A DNA stretch of 64,000 nucleotides from Acidimicrobiales bacterium. Its GTDB lineage: Bacteria; Actinomycetota; Acidimicrobiia; Acidimicrobiales; Ilumatobacteraceae. The stretch is taken from contig JBDUDK010000075.1 in NCBI GenBank assembly GCA_040002995.1, forward strand, positions 24,160 to 88,159, read 5' to 3'. The position numbers were made by a program, and so were the translations under genes. Shown here piece by piece: positions 61,859 to 64,000 of this stretch. How positions within the stretch are numbered: position 1 is the first letter of the stretch; the number at the start of each line of letters is the position of its first letter. Below the pieces are notes generated by a model, which worked only from the letters and a program-made list of their open reading frames with translations, was not told the origin of the DNA and ran no database searches.

Positions 61859-62738
61859 GCAGCCACCGGTCGATCAGCTGACGGGCTATCGAGATACCCG
61901 GCGGGATCATCGGCAGCGAGTCGGCGCGATACCAACTGGCATCGACGATCTCGGCCGGGTCGCAGACGATCTCGCCGCGTTGCCAGCGGGCATTGAATCC
62001 GATCATGAGCGAGTGAGGAAATGGCCACGGCTGGCTGCCCACGTACGTGATGTCGGTGACCTCCACACCAACTTCCTCGCGGACCTCGCGAGCGACCGCT
62101 TGTTCGAGTGTCTCGCCCGGTTCGACGAAACCGGCCAGACACGAATACATCGGCAGCGGGAACTGCACGCCGCGGGCCAACAGCACTTCGTCGTCGCGCT
62201 CGACCAACGTGATGATCGCGGGGGCGAGACGAGGAAAGGCGAGAAGGCCGCAATCGGGACATCGCTTGGCGCGCTCGTTTGGCGACTGCTCCGTCGGCGT
62301 GCCGCAGCGCCCGCAGTACCGGTGCGTCCGCTCCCACTCGACGAGCTGTACGGCGCGGCCGGCGATTGTCCAGTGCTCGTCGGGGACGACGCCGTACAGG
62401 CCGCGTAGCGCGACGAACCCGTGGGCTTCCGCGCTATCGGCGTCGACGGCCCAGCACGCGTGGTCGTCGAGCATGCCGAGGAACACCGGCGCGACGTCGT
62501 CGATGACCCGCGCGCCGGCGATGTGGAGGTCGGCTCCTCGCACATGGAACCAGAGTGCGGGGCCTTCGTGGCCGGCCGGTGGCGCGAGCGATGGGACAAA
62601 GTCGGCCACGCGTTCCACCGTAGAGTTCTTCGCCGTGCGGACCGGCATCTGGATGTTCCCTGGGCGTCCCGCGGGTGAGCTCGTCGACGCAACTGTGCGG
62701 CCGAACAAGGCGGCATCGACGAAGTGTGAATAGGTCAC
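61833..62738 (-). CDS. nudC: NAD+ diphosphatase (NADH pyrophosphatase)
   Basis: Zinc ribbon CGRCG-x14-CPDCG. Nudix box GFVEPGETLEQAVAREVREEVGV. NudC-specific SQPWPFPHS. Confidence 0.85.
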   Translation of the reverse strand: MTYSHFVDAALFGRTVASTSSPAGRPGNIQMPVRTAKNSTVERVADFVPSLAPPAGHEGPALWFHVRGADLHIAGARVIDDVAPVFLGMLDDHACWAVDADSAEAHGFVALRGLYGVVPDEHWTIAGRAVQLVEWERTHRYCGRCGTPTEQSPNERAKRCPDCGLLAFPRLAPAIITLVERDDEVLLARGVQFPLPMYSCLAGFVEPGETLEQAVAREVREEVGVEVTDITYVGSQPWPFPHSLMIGFNARWQRGEIVCDPAEIVDASWYRADSLPMIPPGISIARQLIDRWLLRSASSPR

Positions 62739-62759
62739 GAAGGCGCCGAGCGCGAGCCG

Positions 62760-63385
62760 TTCACCTGCTTGCGGCCGCGGCGGCGCGCACCGACCGTGTC
62801 CGCCTCGGTGTGGGCGTCGCTAATGCATACGGCCGCCATCCGCTCGTGACCGCATGGCAGGTTGACACACTCTTCGAGCTGTCCGACGGCCGTTTCGTGC
62901 TCGGGCTGGGCCCAGGCGGATCCGTCGTTCTTGGGCGGCTGGGCGTGCGGCCCGTGCGATCGCTCACCGATTGCCGCGGGCGCTTAGCCAGATCCGCACG
63001 GCCTCTCAGGTGCCGGTGTACGTCGGCGCCCGGAACGAACGCTTCAACCGGTGGGCGTCGGAAGCCGCCGATGGCGTGCTCGTTGCGGGAGTTCCGCTGC
63101 CGTTCATCGGCAACGTGGTCGACTGCGCCCTGTCGGTGAAGCGACAGCCAGCTGGAAACCTTTCGTCACGATCAGCGTTCCGGCCTCCTCGAGCAGACGC
63201 CCGAGGCCCCGAGGTTCTCGGCGCTGACTCGGCCGCGCTCAGCGCGGCCGAAGACCCCCAACGACACCGTGATCGCCGCGTGCGGCCTTTGGGCACGACG
63301 GGGTCGATCGTCGACCGGCTCCGCTGGCTCGTCGCGCGCTTCCAGCCGACCACGATCGGCTTGCCCTGCCTGTCGAGGGCCTGAT
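62760..63385 (+). pseudogene. Decayed LLM-class F420-dependent oxidoreductase (5'-truncated, at least two frameshifts)
   Basis: LLM-like pieces lie in three frames: TDRVRLGVGVANAYGRHPLVTAWQVDTLFELSDGRFVLGLGPGG (track ORF 62675..63139), PVYVGARNERFNRWASEAADGVLVAGVP (track ORF 62971..63384) and GTTGSIVDRLRWLV. The first ~70 residues of the family are missing. Confidence 0.6.
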
Positions 63386-63463
63386 CGACAATGTCGACCG
63401 AGCCACCGAGGTGTTCGCGGGCCTGCAGTCCCGCTAGTCATCTCTTACGACGGTTGGAAAATG

Positions 63464-63952
63464 TCAGGTACCGGCGATGATGCGGGTGCCGCTAAATGTG
63501 CCATCGCCTGTCGCCCCAGCCACCGGGGCACCCGTGTCGTCGAAAATGGTGAACGTAAACGTGCCAGAAATCTGATCACCAGTCCACGTGCCGGCAACGA
63601 TCACCTTCACCGTCAAGTTCGGTCCGTCGGGACCCTCGCTGGCCGTGTCCCAGAACGTGGCGACGAAGTTGCGGCCGCGTGTCTTGCGCCAGGCACCGAG
63701 CTGTGCGGTACCAGGCGGATTGATGTCTCGCGCGACCAAGGCCCCGCCTACGGCGAGGGTGACAACCGCTTGAGCCGTTGAAGGCTCCGGGCCTGATTCC
63801 ATGTGGGTGATGAGCCACGCACCCTCCAGACCCCGTCGAGAGTGTCCGTCATCGTCCGCTACGGCCGCGGTGGCCGGCAGAGCAACCGCCGCCAAGCCGA
63901 TGGTTCCTGCCCCCGCCCCCATGAGCACCTCACGACGACCTATGCGTTGCAT
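63464..63952 (-). CDS. Tat-signal secreted hypothetical protein
   Basis: MQRIGRREVLMGAGAGTIGLAAVALPATAAVA has a twin-arginine-like motif. No family recognised. Confidence 0.5.
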   Translation of the reverse strand: MQRIGRREVLMGAGAGTIGLAAVALPATAAVADDDGHSRRGLEGAWLITHMESGPEPSTAQAVVTLAVGGALVARDINPPGTAQLGAWRKTRGRNFVATFWDTASEGPDGPNLTVKVIVAGTWTGDQISGTFTFTIFDDTGAPVAGATGDGTFSGTRIIAGT

Positions 63953-64000
63953 AGCTATCCCCCGTTCCGGCAGTGCCATCACCGCCAACGGCGGGAGTGT

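Overview
High-GC (roughly 68-70%) actinobacterial-type chromosome segment. The family content points to Actinomycetota, possibly Acidimicrobiia: F420/LLM oxidoreductases, FadE/FadD genes, WS/DGAT, PIG-L and mycobacterial-style lipoproteins. I found no rRNA, tRNA or CRISPR.

Layout from left to right:
1. 1-14.2 kb: a long minus-strand catabolic cluster. It holds a Liv-type ABC importer (including a LivH-LivM-LivG triple fusion), a VOC protein, an SDR, serine hydrolases, LLM oxidoreductases, a cyclase-family protein and a GntR regulator. A PAS-PAS-GGDEF gene runs off the left edge. Two near-identical promoter-operator modules sit 87 nt upstream of the two minus-strand operon starts.
2. 14.3-19.6 kb: a 1604-aa secreted repeat protein. 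It has about a dozen Ig-like domains, a Pro13 linker and six copies of an uncharacterised 42-aa repeat. A cupredoxin lipoprotein gene converges on it.
3. 19.95-43.47 kb: what I read as a 23.5-kb integrated island. It is bounded by a 34-bp perfect direct repeat that duplicates the 3' end of an acyl-CoA synthetase gene. A tyrosine integrase sits at the left end, with matching arm-type repeats inside both ends. Cargo includes a 1095-aa STAND-like ATPase, an IS30 remnant, an APH-family kinase and a tightly coupled 11-gene sugar-type locus. That locus combines a CUT1 ABC importer, a ROK regulator, a DegT aminotransferase, a Gfo/Idh/MocA dehydrogenase, a SIS protein, a PIG-L deacetylase and two G1PDH-like dehydrogenases. 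I could not map it to a described pathway. The island also has a 1.4-kb gene-poor stretch with an 11-copy 12-bp iteron-like array.
4. 43.4-64 kb: core lipid and housekeeping genes. These are fadD, a nitroreductase, a crotonase, three ACADs, BI-1, an M23 peptidase, a RecB-like nuclease, PAP2, a DsbA-like protein, WS/DGAT, an S9 peptidase, an M50-CBS protease, nudC, a decayed LLM pseudogene and a Tat-secreted protein.

Many long ORFs in the track are antisense or off-frame shadows typical of high-GC DNA and were not called. All functional calls come from motif recognition by eye; no database search was run.
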